From Vitrella brassicaformis CCMP3155 (Eukaryota > Protista > Chromerida), in assembly GCA_001179505.1 (NCBI GenBank), contig CDMY01000436.1:248001-312000 (forward strand): a stretch of DNA of 64,000 nt. The letters run 5' to 3'. The notes beneath the pieces are model-generated. The model had not been told where the DNA came from, searched no databases, and was given only the letters and a program-made list of their open reading frames with translations. Position 1 is the stretch's first letter, and every line of letters starts with the position of its first letter. The translations under genes and the position numbers were made by a program. Shown in pieces: positions 25,719 to 36,338 of this stretch.

Positions 25719-27570
25719 TCACAGCCTGCATATGTAAGACGACGACTGCGTGACGTACCGCACCCACCGGTAGGGATTGTACGCCGCGTGCCGCTCGCTG
25801 ATCCGCAGATACCGAACCTGACAGAACGACCAAACATGCCCCACACAGGTCTGTCTGTCTCTGTCTGAGTGCCTGTCACAGTGCCAGCGTGCCTGTCCGC
25901 GGCCACCGCGGCGCACCGCACCTGTAGGTTGGACACGTTGTACATGGGTATTTCGAAGGTGAGGCTGACAGGGCCGATCTCCTTCTTGATCGTCTCGGAA
26001 CACGGCTGAGACAAGGTGATCTTGCAACGCAGCGTGTGCTCCGCACCGCCCTGTTGGCCACAAACAAACAAATCACCCAGTCAAGTCGCCCAGCCACATC
26101 CCTCCATCACACGAGTGAATGACACACGGACGATGTCAGTTGTGTGGTGATGTGTTGTGAGGGTCGCTCACTTGGAACTTCTTGATGTTCCACACGACCT
26201 TGGTGTCTGACGCCACGTACTCGGCACTCTGCATGGCAATGGCAGGCAGGACAGGACAGGACACGCAGAGTAGATGTCCGTCTGCAAGTGATGGGTGCGT
26301 GCAGCTATGTGTGTATCTGTTTGCTGCCTGCCTGCCTGCCTGCCTGCCTGTCATGGTTACTTACCTGCATCGGTGTCTGTGGGAACAGCTCGTTGGTGAC
26401 GAATGCCGTGTGTTTGGGCATGGGGCAGCTGATGACCATGTTGCCGCCGTAGTTCTGCTCGGGAATGTCAGCTCTGATCTTGATCACACACTCGAGCTGG
26501 CAGACACACGATTCGTCACACAATAAGAGAGAGAGGCGCCCATCCATCTATCCATCCATCCATCCCTTTGTGTGTGTGTTTGTGGTCCCCACCTCCCTCC
26601 CCCTCTCACCCACCTTGTAAGGTGTGATTTGCTCCACCTGCGGGAATATCCTGAAGGGCGCGCGGAAGTCGCTGGTGATGCGGTAGTTCATGACGACAAA
26701 CTCGCCGTCTGGTGGGACGAAGCTGAGTATCTTGTGGTCGTCAAAGTCGCGCAGGTCGACCTGCTCGTGGAAGTTGCAGTCGTCCAGCACCACCACCCCG
26801 TACCAGCCGCCATGCCCCCCGCCGCTCCCCGCCTGCCCCGGCTGCCGCCCCACCACGATGTCCTCATTGAGGGCCAGCTTGAGCTCGGGGCTGCCGCTCA
26901 GGTAGCTCTTCATCTGAATGGACCCGTCGATGCACGAGTTGAGCACGTAGCCGCTGGCGTTGAGCACCACGGTGAGCCGCTCGAGGATGTCGACAAAGAT
27001 CTCATTCTTGCGGCCCTTGCTGGCGTAGGGGTCGCCCTGCGTGAGGCCCACGGGCCGGTGGACGGCGTTGCTGGGCACCGTCTTGGGGTTGATCTGTAGC
27101 TGCGGCAGAGCGATGCCTGCCGCCCGCATGGTGCCCAGGTGGCTGGGCTGCTCCGTCATGATGGCCTCGTTGTGGATGCACCCCTTGAGCTGCTCGGTGG
27201 ACGTCAGCTGCGGGTAGCCGAAGTCGAGCATCTCGTCAAGCAGCTCGTACACGAGGACGAAGTTCTTGCGGATGCTCTCCTCGCTCAGCACGCCGCAGAA
27301 GTCCTTGACGACCTTGGTCATCCGCTGCAGCATCTCCACTGTGTACGAGGGCGACACATTGAAGGCCGTCGTCACCACAAAATACAGCCCGTTCCGCTTG
27401 ACGAAGATGTAGTTGATGCCGTCGAGATTGAAGATCGGCGGCGCATCCCCTGTCCAGAACTTGACCTTGCGAAAGAAGATCTCGGCAGTCCCGCGCGCCA
27501 CATCGCCCCGGAAGTCACGGTTGATGATGGTGTCGCCGCGCGGTGATAATATGTAAAACTGAGAGATCAT
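25719..27570 (-). CDS. AP4M1: AP-4 adaptor complex medium (mu) subunit
   Basis: MISQFYILSPRGDTIINRDFRGD..SIRKNFVLVYELLDEMLDFGYPQ..KNEIFVDILE..IQMKSYLSGSPELKLALNED..LDDCNFHEQV..FVPPDGEFVVMNYR..FEIPMYNVSNLQVRYL..YRWVRYVTQSSSYICRL*. The N- and C-termini are of the mu4 type. Confidence 0.9.
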
Positions 27571-27700
27571 CGCATCGCCAATGATATCGCCCGCTCAGAA
27601 GCAAAGCAGCCTCGGGGCGTTCTTTGTTTGCTTCTTCCCTCCCGTCGCCTCACTCGAATCGTTTCACGCGCCCTAACGCATTCGTCAACTTGAGCGGGTG

Positions 27701-28591
27701 ATGCCGTCAACAGCGACCAATCTCGAGCAGTCTGCTTCGTCCGTGCTGCCTCTCGTCGCCGCCCTCTCTGCCGGCGTCGTCTGCCTCGTCGGCCTCGAAG
27801 AGATCATCCGACTGAGGCGCAAACATGCCGCCAATGGTGCGTCATCCAAGAGTGACAAGGATGGCAAGGATGGTGGCCGACGGGATGCGCGTCACATCTC
27901 GGCGGAGGAGAGGGAGGGCTTGACTGACCCGCCCCGTGTCCAGATGTCTGTCATCGAGGGCGTGCAATGCCTCGGCTCTAAGAAGCTGCCTCACCTGTAA
28001 GCAGCGCATTTAGCTGTATAACACGCAACCACAGAGAGCACTCACCTCCATATGGAGTCATCTCTCTGTCTGTCTGTCTGCGGATGGCTGTAGCATGGAG
28101 CAGTGGCGCGACGAGCTCGGCAGCGACTTATACTACGTGCAGCTGCCGCTCGGCCACCGCGTGTACGTCTGCACAGACATCTCGAGCTGGGAAACGCTGA
28201 TCGGTCCTGATGGCCTCGAGAAGAGCGACAAGTATCATTCGGTTGATCTGTTTGCGGAGGGGGCCTTGAGGTCGACCGTGAGCATTGGTGTGCAGCCACA
28301 CCACGCCCACAAGCGCATACATGCGATGCGCCAGTGACCTCATCTTTGTCTCCCTGTCCTTCCCTCTGCTGCTGCTGTAGTCACGCGCAAGACGACAGGA
28401 GAGAACTGGCACGGCATTCGGAAAGCCCTCAGTCCTGCATTCGCGTAATTGCAAGCGGCCAAACACACAACCGGACGGGCAGAGAGAGCGGTGTCTCTGT
28501 TTGGTGTTTCCTTGTCAGGATGAAAACACTGGTCAGCAAGACGTCGGTATATCACTCGGTGATACGCGGGTTCTGCACGGCACTCGACTCA
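27701..28591 (+). pseudogene. Cytochrome P450, N-terminal half (membrane anchor to D helix), interrupted mid-exon
   Basis: Hydrophobic anchor VLPLVAALSAGVVCLVGL, then HRVYVCTDISSWETLIGPDGLEKSDKY and the C-helix motif GENWHGIRKALSPAF, followed by AMKTLVSKTSVYHSVIRGFCTALDS running directly into repeat sequence at 28592. Confidence 0.75.
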
Positions 28592-28679
28592 GGGGCTTGC
28601 ATAGTCTGTACATCTGACGTGTGTGTGCGTGTTTCATCCTGGCGAAGAAGTCCTTCCAAGTCCAGCCCCCCCCCCCCCC
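28592..28679. repeat. Copy of the left end of the 30405-34383 cassette, truncated by a gap
   Basis: ggggcttgcatagtctgtacatctgacgtgtgtgtgcgtgtttcatcctggcgaagaagtccttc is near-identical to the sequence starting at 30405. Confidence 0.9.
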
Positions 28680-28979
28680 NNNNNNNNNNNNNNNNNNNNN
28701 NNNNNNNNNNNNNNNNNNNNNNNNNNNNNNNNNNNNNNNNNNNNNNNNNNNNNNNNNNNNNNNNNNNNNNNNNNNNNNNNNNNNNNNNNNNNNNNNNNNN
28801 NNNNNNNNNNNNNNNNNNNNNNNNNNNNNNNNNNNNNNNNNNNNNNNNNNNNNNNNNNNNNNNNNNNNNNNNNNNNNNNNNNNNNNNNNNNNNNNNNNNN
28901 NNNNNNNNNNNNNNNNNNNNNNNNNNNNNNNNNNNNNNNNNNNNNNNNNNNNNNNNNNNNNNNNNNNNNNNNNNNNNNN
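28680..28979. other. Assembly gap (300 N)
   Basis: Run of N preceded by a C homopolymer. Confidence 1.
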
Positions 28980-29748
28980 CCAAGTAAAAGCACTCTTACT
29001 CTGGGACTTACCGCCCAGCAGATCCTCTATTCAGCTAACTACAGGAAAGGTCCTCACCGGCCTTTTTCGCACATTCGTGTGTGTCTGAAATGTGTGATTT
29101 TGACACGCTGCAGTGACTCTGTTGGTGCCAGGACACATATACACCAGAGCTTACTTGCTATCCACAAGACCTATGTGACTGTCTCAAAGGTGGGTCAACC
29201 ACTGGCAGCGATATCAACACATCCACCCAATCACCCGCCCTCTCATCACCTCTTCCTGCTAGCCCGCAGCTTCTTTTTCTGCTTTTGCACAAAGTCATCG
29301 TCTTGATCTCATTCCCCCCTTTGCTTTGGACTTGCCTCGGCCCGAGCTCGAACCCAAGCAGCTACTGAATGCTGTGGGTTCCTCCCCCCCATTTTTCTTC
29401 TCTTTTTGTGACTAGATCGCACACATATACCGCTGCGTGTCCGATGGTCGATTCATTTGACCAATTGCATATCCATCATTTGACTTAAATTTCTGTATCA
29501 CTCATTCGACAAATGACGCATTCCGTCGTGACCATTCTAGCAGGCAGTACATCCCAAGTAGCCAGCACTAGCAATCAGCATGTGTCCATGTCCGATCTCA
29601 TCGACCCGAAGTCACATAGCCCGAGGCTCTCATGAGCGATACTTGTGTCACATACCAGCGATCGCATGTTCTTCTCAACACAAGGAAGGTCAGTCACCTG
29701 ACGGGGCCGTCCCGCGAATTACTCTGCATTGTTGTCCTTCCTCGTACG

Positions 29749-30390
29749 ATGGCTGTCTTATTCTTCGCCCCCCTCCCTACCCTTTTTGCAGACTGCGGCT
29801 TCTCTACGGGGCAGCCAGGAAGTGGGTGAACACATGTCTGTCTGGCCGGCAGTGATGTAGGTGATGCCTGCCGGCCTGCCAATATGTGTGTGTGTGTGCA
29901 GGCGGCAGCAGGGGCTGACCACATCGATCTCTGAGGGCAATCTGCCGAGGGTGTCCGCCTTTGAGGCACAGAAAGTCATCAGGGACTGGGCGAAGGTAGG
30001 TGCATACGTGAGACATGATGCCGGCGACGTCAAGCGTGTCTCACTCAAATAAATGTGCATCTGCCTCTCCATCCCTCTCTCTCTCTCTCTCTGTCAGCTG
30101 ACAGATTATCCGACTCTATTTGTGTCGCCTGTCAAGACTCGGACGGCCCGGAACCGTGCTGCCGACTTCACCATATACAAGCAGGCCACGAGCGACGTGA
30201 GGGACCTGACCGAACAGTTCCGCCCGTTCGCGCAGAAGGACCTCACCGAAACGCTTAATGTCCGTGCGTGAGCAGGCATCGTATCACCGAGTTGCAGCTG
30301 TGCAGGCGTCCGTCTATGCGCCTTGTGTGTGAGTGCAGAAACTGCCGCGTCAGTTGGATGACGACTCGACCGACTTTGAGAAGACACTAG
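29749..30390 (+). CDS. Hypothetical multi-exon gene, probably truncated by the cassette
   Basis: Exon-like blocks MAVLFFAPLPTLFADCGFSTGQP / GLTTSISEGNLPRVSAFEAQKVIRDWAK / LTDYPTLFVSPVKTRTARNRAADFTIYKQ..LTETLN / KLPRQLDDDSTDFEKTL with GT-AG borders, abutting the repeat at 30405. Confidence 0.45.
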
Positions 30391-30576
30391 GTGTTGTAAG
30401 TGGTGGGGCTTGTATAGTCTGTACATCTGACGTGTGTGTGCGTGTTTCATCCTGGCGAAGAAGTCCTTCAAAGTCGAGCCCCCCCCCGCCCTCCCACTCA
30501 CCCCCGTCCTTCCCGCCACCCGCACCCCCACTGAACTCATATGTATCCAGCTTGTCCACACACATGGAAGTCAGTC

Positions 30577-32553
30577 TCACGACTGCCCCATGTCCTCGTC
30601 AGCGTCGGCATCTATAGCCTCCCTCCGAATGCAGCCCAGCCCGACATCTACACAACTGCCGCGTGGGGGTGCTGGTGTCCCTGGACGCCTGGACCGCCAC
30701 ACTAAAGACTCACCCCTTGGCCCTCTTTCAGCCCGCTCCAGCTGCTGCGTCTTGGGGATGTCGTCAAGGTGACTCCCGCCCCCCAGGCCAAGATTGCCCA
30801 GTCCCTCTCTCTCAGCCAGACGCACCAGACGTCTCAGCTTATCGCCACATCCTCTCTGGCCGGCCCCGCCCTTGTGGTGGCACAGCATGATGACGTCGGC
30901 CACCCACTGCATGAGCCCGGCCTTGAGAGCCCTCATGGCACCTGGGTTGAGCACGTCATCCCCCCTCGCCGAGATGGGAATCCATGCTTGCAGCTGCCTG
31001 TGACCGCCATGTGAATGGCTGTTCATCGCCACCCACTCGCCCACCTCACCCGCCGCACGAATCCAATCCAGGTCATCTGCTGATGCCGTGAAGCTGATAT
31101 CCAACATCCACTGGGCGTTGAGGCAGGCTGCGCCGCTCGCATCTGTGTCGCTGACTCGACAAACGACCCACGGGACGTCTGTGGCGAAGTGGCAGCGGTG
31201 GGCGTAGCCCGGGTCAGCGGGCGGTGGCGGAAAGCAGAGGTCCTCGAGAGAGGGTGGGTCGGCAGCTGAGTCTTGTTGTGATTGGCTCTCGGCTGGCGAC
31301 GGAGGGGCCATGTCCATCATGTCGTCGGGCTCACTGAGTGCCTCTTCTGGGTCGTCTGACGCGATGGTGTCAGGGCCGGGCAGCTGCGTATAGACCGCAT
31401 TCAGCTTGTCCCGCAAGGACGACTCCATGAGCATGGACTGCATGAGCGGACACCCACAGGCACGTACTTCAATGACAAATAGATTACCACACGACTAGCT
31501 GTCTGTGACTTACCAATACTTTGCTGAATTTTCCTGGGTCGCTGGGAGAGAGACGTCTCTGCCTCTTCCGTTTGATGGCGGAGTCAATGAGCTCGCTGCT
31601 GCTGTCTGCGATGCGGCACACCAGGCCCCAAACTGAATCGCCATTGCGGCCGTCCCTCTCGTAGTAGGCCTTGACCTGCACGCAGCGTCAGAGGAAAGAA
31701 CACTGTTCTGGTGTGATGGGGGGCGGCCAGCTCTACCCACCTCTTTTTCCAGCCGTTGAAGTTGTGGCGAGGCCAACACGCCACCCAACGTCACCTCCTG
31801 CACAGCCAAGAGAGCAATCCATGCCCATCACAGTGTCTTCCTAAGTGACACTTTTACTTGGCCGGATGTACCTTTCTCAGCCAGCGAAGCAGGCGAGCAC
31901 ACCCACACATCACCACGAGCTGCCGTTTGCGCCCAGCCAGCCTTGCAGCCCACGAGTACTTCCTGATCGACCCCCGTTCATTGTCCACCATTTAAAGTCT
32001 GACCTCGACGGCCCCCGCTGGCCGCTGAGCGGACGGCCGCACGAGAGTGATTCCCGAGATGGGGATTCCACCGCCACGATCGAAGTGGCTGAGCCACTCG
32101 GCCTGCCGTGTCAGGTGCTGAGGCATCCCATCTCGCGTCCACTTCTCCTGGCTTGCCGTGATGTGTTCCTGGAGGGCAACCAGCTCCGGTTGCTGAAGAG
32201 GACTGACTCGTCCGTCTCCTGGCCCGCCGACGTTCGCTGAACCAATGTCCAATGACCCATACTTCTGAACCGGCCGCTGCGGCCACTTGAGTGAAAGGAG
32301 TCCACGATCTTGTGGCCCTCCTTCGCCACCACGCGCCCGACCGTCTCCATCCACTCGTCCGGGTGAGAAGGGCGATCGCAGTGCGGCGTCAACTGGACAC
32401 ACCAGCACACGCAGACACATCCCAGTCGGCCTCAATTGACCGTGCGGCTGCACCGTGTGGCTTACCGTCAGCTTGAGCTGGTCGGCACACAGGAGGGACA
32501 GCCCCTTTCCCAACTGAGGCAGTCGCCCAACATATCCTCCCGGATACTGGCAT
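30577..32553 (-). CDS. Cassette gene A, hypothetical, several short introns
   Basis: 288-aa terminal ORF 30577..31443 plus upstream GC3-rich exons (LTPHCDRPSHPDEWMETVGRVVAKEGHKIVDSF; EVTLGGVLASPQLQRLEKE/VKAYYERDGRNGDSVWGLVCRIAD) joinable in frame by GT-AG introns. Confidence 0.6.
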
Positions 32554-32622
32554 GTCCCATGTCAGAGCATGTTTGGCCCGTGGAGTGACTCTGCGTCTGG
32601 CGCAACGGCTGGGCCACCACCC

Positions 32623-34322
32623 ATGGCCGACGGCCCCCTTCAGGCCACCCAGTACGACCGCACCACATCATCCGAATGGACGTGGGTAAGCTGCTGACCT
32701 GAGACGACCCACGGCAACTAGTGACCACTCAATGTGTCCACTACTTTGAGTGTCCCAGGTCGCTGTGAGCGAGCTCTTCGTCGGAGGCGTCGCTGTGTGT
32801 GTGGGCTGTCTCCCACTCGTCAGAGGCGGGGAGATGCTGAGGAGGGTTCAGGCACAGTTGTTCGTACGGGCCCTGAAGGAGAAAAAGACGGATAGTCTCT
32901 TTCAGGGGACCTTCAACGCCACCGACTGGTCGACGTACTGGGTAGGTTCTGATGCAGCGCGTTGACGAATCACACACAGGGGTGTCTTTTCATGGTCAGG
33001 TGCGCCCCAACCAGCAGCTGCCGCCTCAGGGTTTGGGCGCATTGCCGATCGTCAAGGCCACGTAAGGGAATGGGAGGTCGATGGCGGCCGAACCAACAAA
33101 GTGCTGGGTTGTGACTGGATGGATGTGTGCAGTGCCTTTCACTTGTGCATTGAGCTGTCCACCCGGCCGCCGTCCATCGCTTCACGCCGCGTCATGAGGA
33201 CCACAGAAATGTACGAGAGCGTCAAGTCTCACCTCGTCAACATGCTCACCAGAGTGCTGGCGGAGATGGTCGACCCCGACATCCGTACTTATCTGGACGG
33301 GGCGACGAGCGCCTTCGAGCAGACGACTTACCGCGCGTTCCTGGGGGCTGTGGTCGCACGGGTCAGAGCGGACCGCTCGATTATCAGCCAGGTGTGTCAC
33401 AACACCGACCCGCAGTGTTGTCGAGTGGTCTCAGTCGGGCCATCTGACGCTGTATGTGTGTGTATGTGTGTGTGTGTGTGCGACGGTCAGGACGTGCGAA
33501 GAGGGAGGCTGGAGGAGAGTGCCGGGAAGGTCGTCCGAGTTCTGACCAAGATAGCCGAGCACGTGATGGCGGCGGCCCCCGCACTGACGGAGGACACGTG
33601 GAAGTACCGCACTCCCAACAACGTCCGCCGGCTCGACCCAATCAAGGGTGGCGGCGGCCCACGGCCCCAAGACCAGGACGCCGGATTTTACGCACAGCTG
33701 ACCCGCCAGCAGGACGGCGTGTCGGTCAAAAAACAAGCGGCCTTCTGGCCCAGCAGACGGCTGAACAACAAGCTGGTGTCTGTGGTGGCCCTCAAACCAG
33801 GCGGCACACGGTACCCGCACGGCGAGCCGAAGAGCGTCAAGGAGATGGCGATTGAGGCGATCGAGATGGTGCGCGGTTGGGAGGAGGACTATCTCGCTGA
33901 GGTGCGGGAGGCACAGAGGGCAGCTGCGATGGAGGCGGGTGACTCGTTCCACTCAGAGGATGTGGAGCTGCGGCAGTGCGGGGGGGGAAGAAGGGGACCA
34001 ACCGGCTGGCAAATCAGGGGGCGCAGGCGAATCGGATTCGGCAGTACCAACAGAGGCCTGACGTGTCTGTGTCTCCCCTCGACGACCGTGATGGGGACGG
34101 GGATGGCGGAGAAGGTCAGTGAAGAGGGCCCGGGGCAATGAAAAGCCAGGTGTGTCGTGTTCATGGTTGTGTGGTTGCCCGTGTCCAGGTGCAGGCAGGG
34201 ACGAGGAGGACATGATGGATGACGGTGTCCCCCCAGCAGCAGCAGCGGCAGCAGAACCAGCTGATCACGCTGATGTCCGCATGGCTGACGATGAATTGAG
34301 GGAAGAATTGATGGATGACTGA
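32623..34322 (+). CDS. Cassette gene B, hypothetical, acidic C-terminus
   Basis: MADGPLQATQYDRTTSSEWTW/VAVSELF..GEMLRRVQAQLFVRALKEKK..STYW/VRPNQQLPPQGLGALPIVKAT/AFHLCIEL..MYESVKSHLVNMLTRVL.. with in-frame GT-AG joins. Ends ..DDELREELMDD* at 34322. Confidence 0.65.
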
Positions 34323-34441
34323 TGAATGAGGTCTGATGGATCAACAGACAGTTTTTACTGTGACACTGTATGCTTTGTGAACCATGCGGACTATTGGATT
34401 ATGCGCAACTCATGGTCAGTCAGTAGGGTTCGAACGACACA

Positions 34442-35304
34442 TCAGCTGTTCTGCAGTCGCTTTTCTCGTTCGACGACCTCCGACGCAAACCGTATAAGGA
34501 CGGTGGTACTGCGAGTGGGCGGATTGGTCGACTCCTCCACCGTGTGGGCGCTCGCTTCGCACGGCTGAACAAAACACACATGACGACAGGTGATGTGAAC
34601 GACCTCCTGGCTTACGAATTCCGCGGATTGCAGAATCCCCTCCACGATTCCAGCCGCGTAGGCCCCACAGTTGATGTGCGAGAAGTCCTGATACACAGTG
34701 AAGTGTATCTCGAGTGATCAGGGAAGTTGTCGAGTGTGAGCCTACCCTGGGCACTGAAATAAACTTCGTCAGAAGCAGGCTCTTGTCGTTGATCATATCT
34801 GAGGGTCGCACACATGGGAAAGCGCCCCAACATACGGACTGTGTGTGTGGTTTCATGCGTCTACATTCGAGCTCGCTGTCCTGTCCCTTCAGAAGGTCCC
34901 CAGCATGCCCAAAAAGTGCCCTCCAGCAGGTTTGTGAGACAAACGAGAGCATGGACAGCAGCCTGACCTCCCTCCTGTTGGCCTTGTCACGATAGCACAG
35001 CAGATCTAGCACACGATACCCAACACGAACGCCGACCTCATGCAACCTGGGAGGACACACAGTGAACAACCAAAACTTGATACTCTGCTGCGCGTTTTCC
35101 CACTTGTCTTCAAGCTGCTGGCTCTGCTCGACATTGTTGAGGCAGTACTGAACCATCTCGGAGAACAAAAAGGCGTACAAGCTGAGGCTCACCTACAAGG
35201 GCACGCAGAGAGGCATCATGCGCGGCATCACGTGCAAGGAATTTTCATTATCTTACTTCGCCCTTCGATTTGGAAAACTGACGGTCCAGTATTGAGGTCT
35301 TCAT
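34442..35304 (-). CDS. TRAPPC5: TRAPP complex subunit 5 (Trs31)
   Basis: MKTSILDRQFSKSKGE/VSLSLYAFLFSEMVQYC..LHEVGVRVGYRVLDLLCYRDKANRREVRLLSMLSFVSQTCWRALFG..INCGAYAAGIVEGILQSAEF..VLIRFASEVVERE. Confidence 0.92.
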
Positions 35305-35416
35305 CTCTGCTAGAACAGATCACCTAGGGAGATAAGATCGCAGGGCTGGGACGTTGACGATGGTCTCCTCCTCCCTTTCGTTTCGCACTCCAACCCTAAC
35401 ACAAAATTTTGGGAAA

Positions 35417-35703
35417 CTTGCATTAACCGTAACACTCGTCTGTGTGTCCGTGATACTCATAAACATACAGTCCCATGAGCACGCAGAGTCAAACGCTCAC
35501 GGGGAGGAGGGATCGATCCCCGCCCCATCAGCACACCCCAGTCCCGCAAACCCTCCCCTCCCTCCCCCACGCAGACAGTAGCTAGTCGCACGCGCGAGGG
35601 CGATAGACAAGCGAGAGCGAATCCATCCAGACACATGACTGAACCCCCGACCCTTCCACCCCTCCTTCTCCAACAGCGCATGAGTCATGTGGGCGATGAA
35701 CAC
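35417..35703 (-). mobile_element. 3' end of a CRE/RLE-type non-LTR retrotransposon (remainder in the gap)
   Basis: VFIAHMTHALLEKEGWKGRGFSHVSGWIRSRLSIALARATSYCLRGG matches the C-terminal motif after the restriction-like endonuclease domain. Stop at 35497. The 3' UTR recurs at 38283-38362. Confidence 0.7.
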
Positions 35704-36003
35704 NNNNNNNNNNNNNNNNNNNNNNNNNNNNNNNNNNNNNNNNNNNNNNNNNNNNNNNNNNNNNNNNNNNNNNNNNNNNNNNNNNNNNNNNNNNNNNNNN
35801 NNNNNNNNNNNNNNNNNNNNNNNNNNNNNNNNNNNNNNNNNNNNNNNNNNNNNNNNNNNNNNNNNNNNNNNNNNNNNNNNNNNNNNNNNNNNNNNNNNNN
35901 NNNNNNNNNNNNNNNNNNNNNNNNNNNNNNNNNNNNNNNNNNNNNNNNNNNNNNNNNNNNNNNNNNNNNNNNNNNNNNNNNNNNNNNNNNNNNNNNNNNN
36001 NNN
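35704..36003. other. Assembly gap (300 N)
   Basis: Run of N. Confidence 1.
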
Positions 36004-36338
36004 CGCAGAGGCCTGACGTGTCTGTGTCTCCCCTCGACGACCGTGATGGGGACGGGGATGGCGGAGAAGGTCGGTGAAGAGGGCCCGGGGCAATGAAAAG
36101 CCAGGTGTGTCGTGTTCATGGTTGTGTGGTTGCCCGTGTCCAGGTGCAGGCAGGGACGAGGAGGACATGATGAATGACGGTGTCCCCCCAGCAGCAGCTG
36201 CGGCAGCAGTACCAGCTGATCACGCTGATGTCCGCATGACTGGCGATGAATTGAGGGAAGAATTGATGGATGACTGATGAATGAGGTCTGATCGATCAAC
36301 AGACAGTTTTTAGTGTGCCACTGTATGCTTCGTGTACC
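36004..36338. repeat. Copy of the right end of the cassette (last exons and 3' UTR of gene B)
   Basis: Near-identical to 34051-34383 with scattered substitutions (..[12 protein letters not shown](E/V)PADHADVRM(AD/TG)DELREELMDD*). Confidence 0.92.

Larger units (their letters stand above)
30405..34383. mobile_element. Putative mobile or duplicated ~4-kb cassette of two divergent intron-containing genes
   Basis: The left end recurs at 28592 and the right end (~330 bp) recurs at 36004-36338, each with different flanks. No TIR, TSD or transposase motif seen, so mobility is inferred only. Confidence 0.55.

Noticed and set aside
28570-28600. CTAL overlap read as a target-site duplication
   Set aside because: The nucleotides differ at all third positions, and 8-10-bp flanks of neither the inner nor the outer unit match.
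28552-29306. ORFs containing X runs, here and at the other four gaps
   Set aside because: Artefacts of translating through N.
28980-29420. Possible minus-strand exons running into the first gap
   Set aside because: Some splice-like sites, but no consistent frame or recognisable product.
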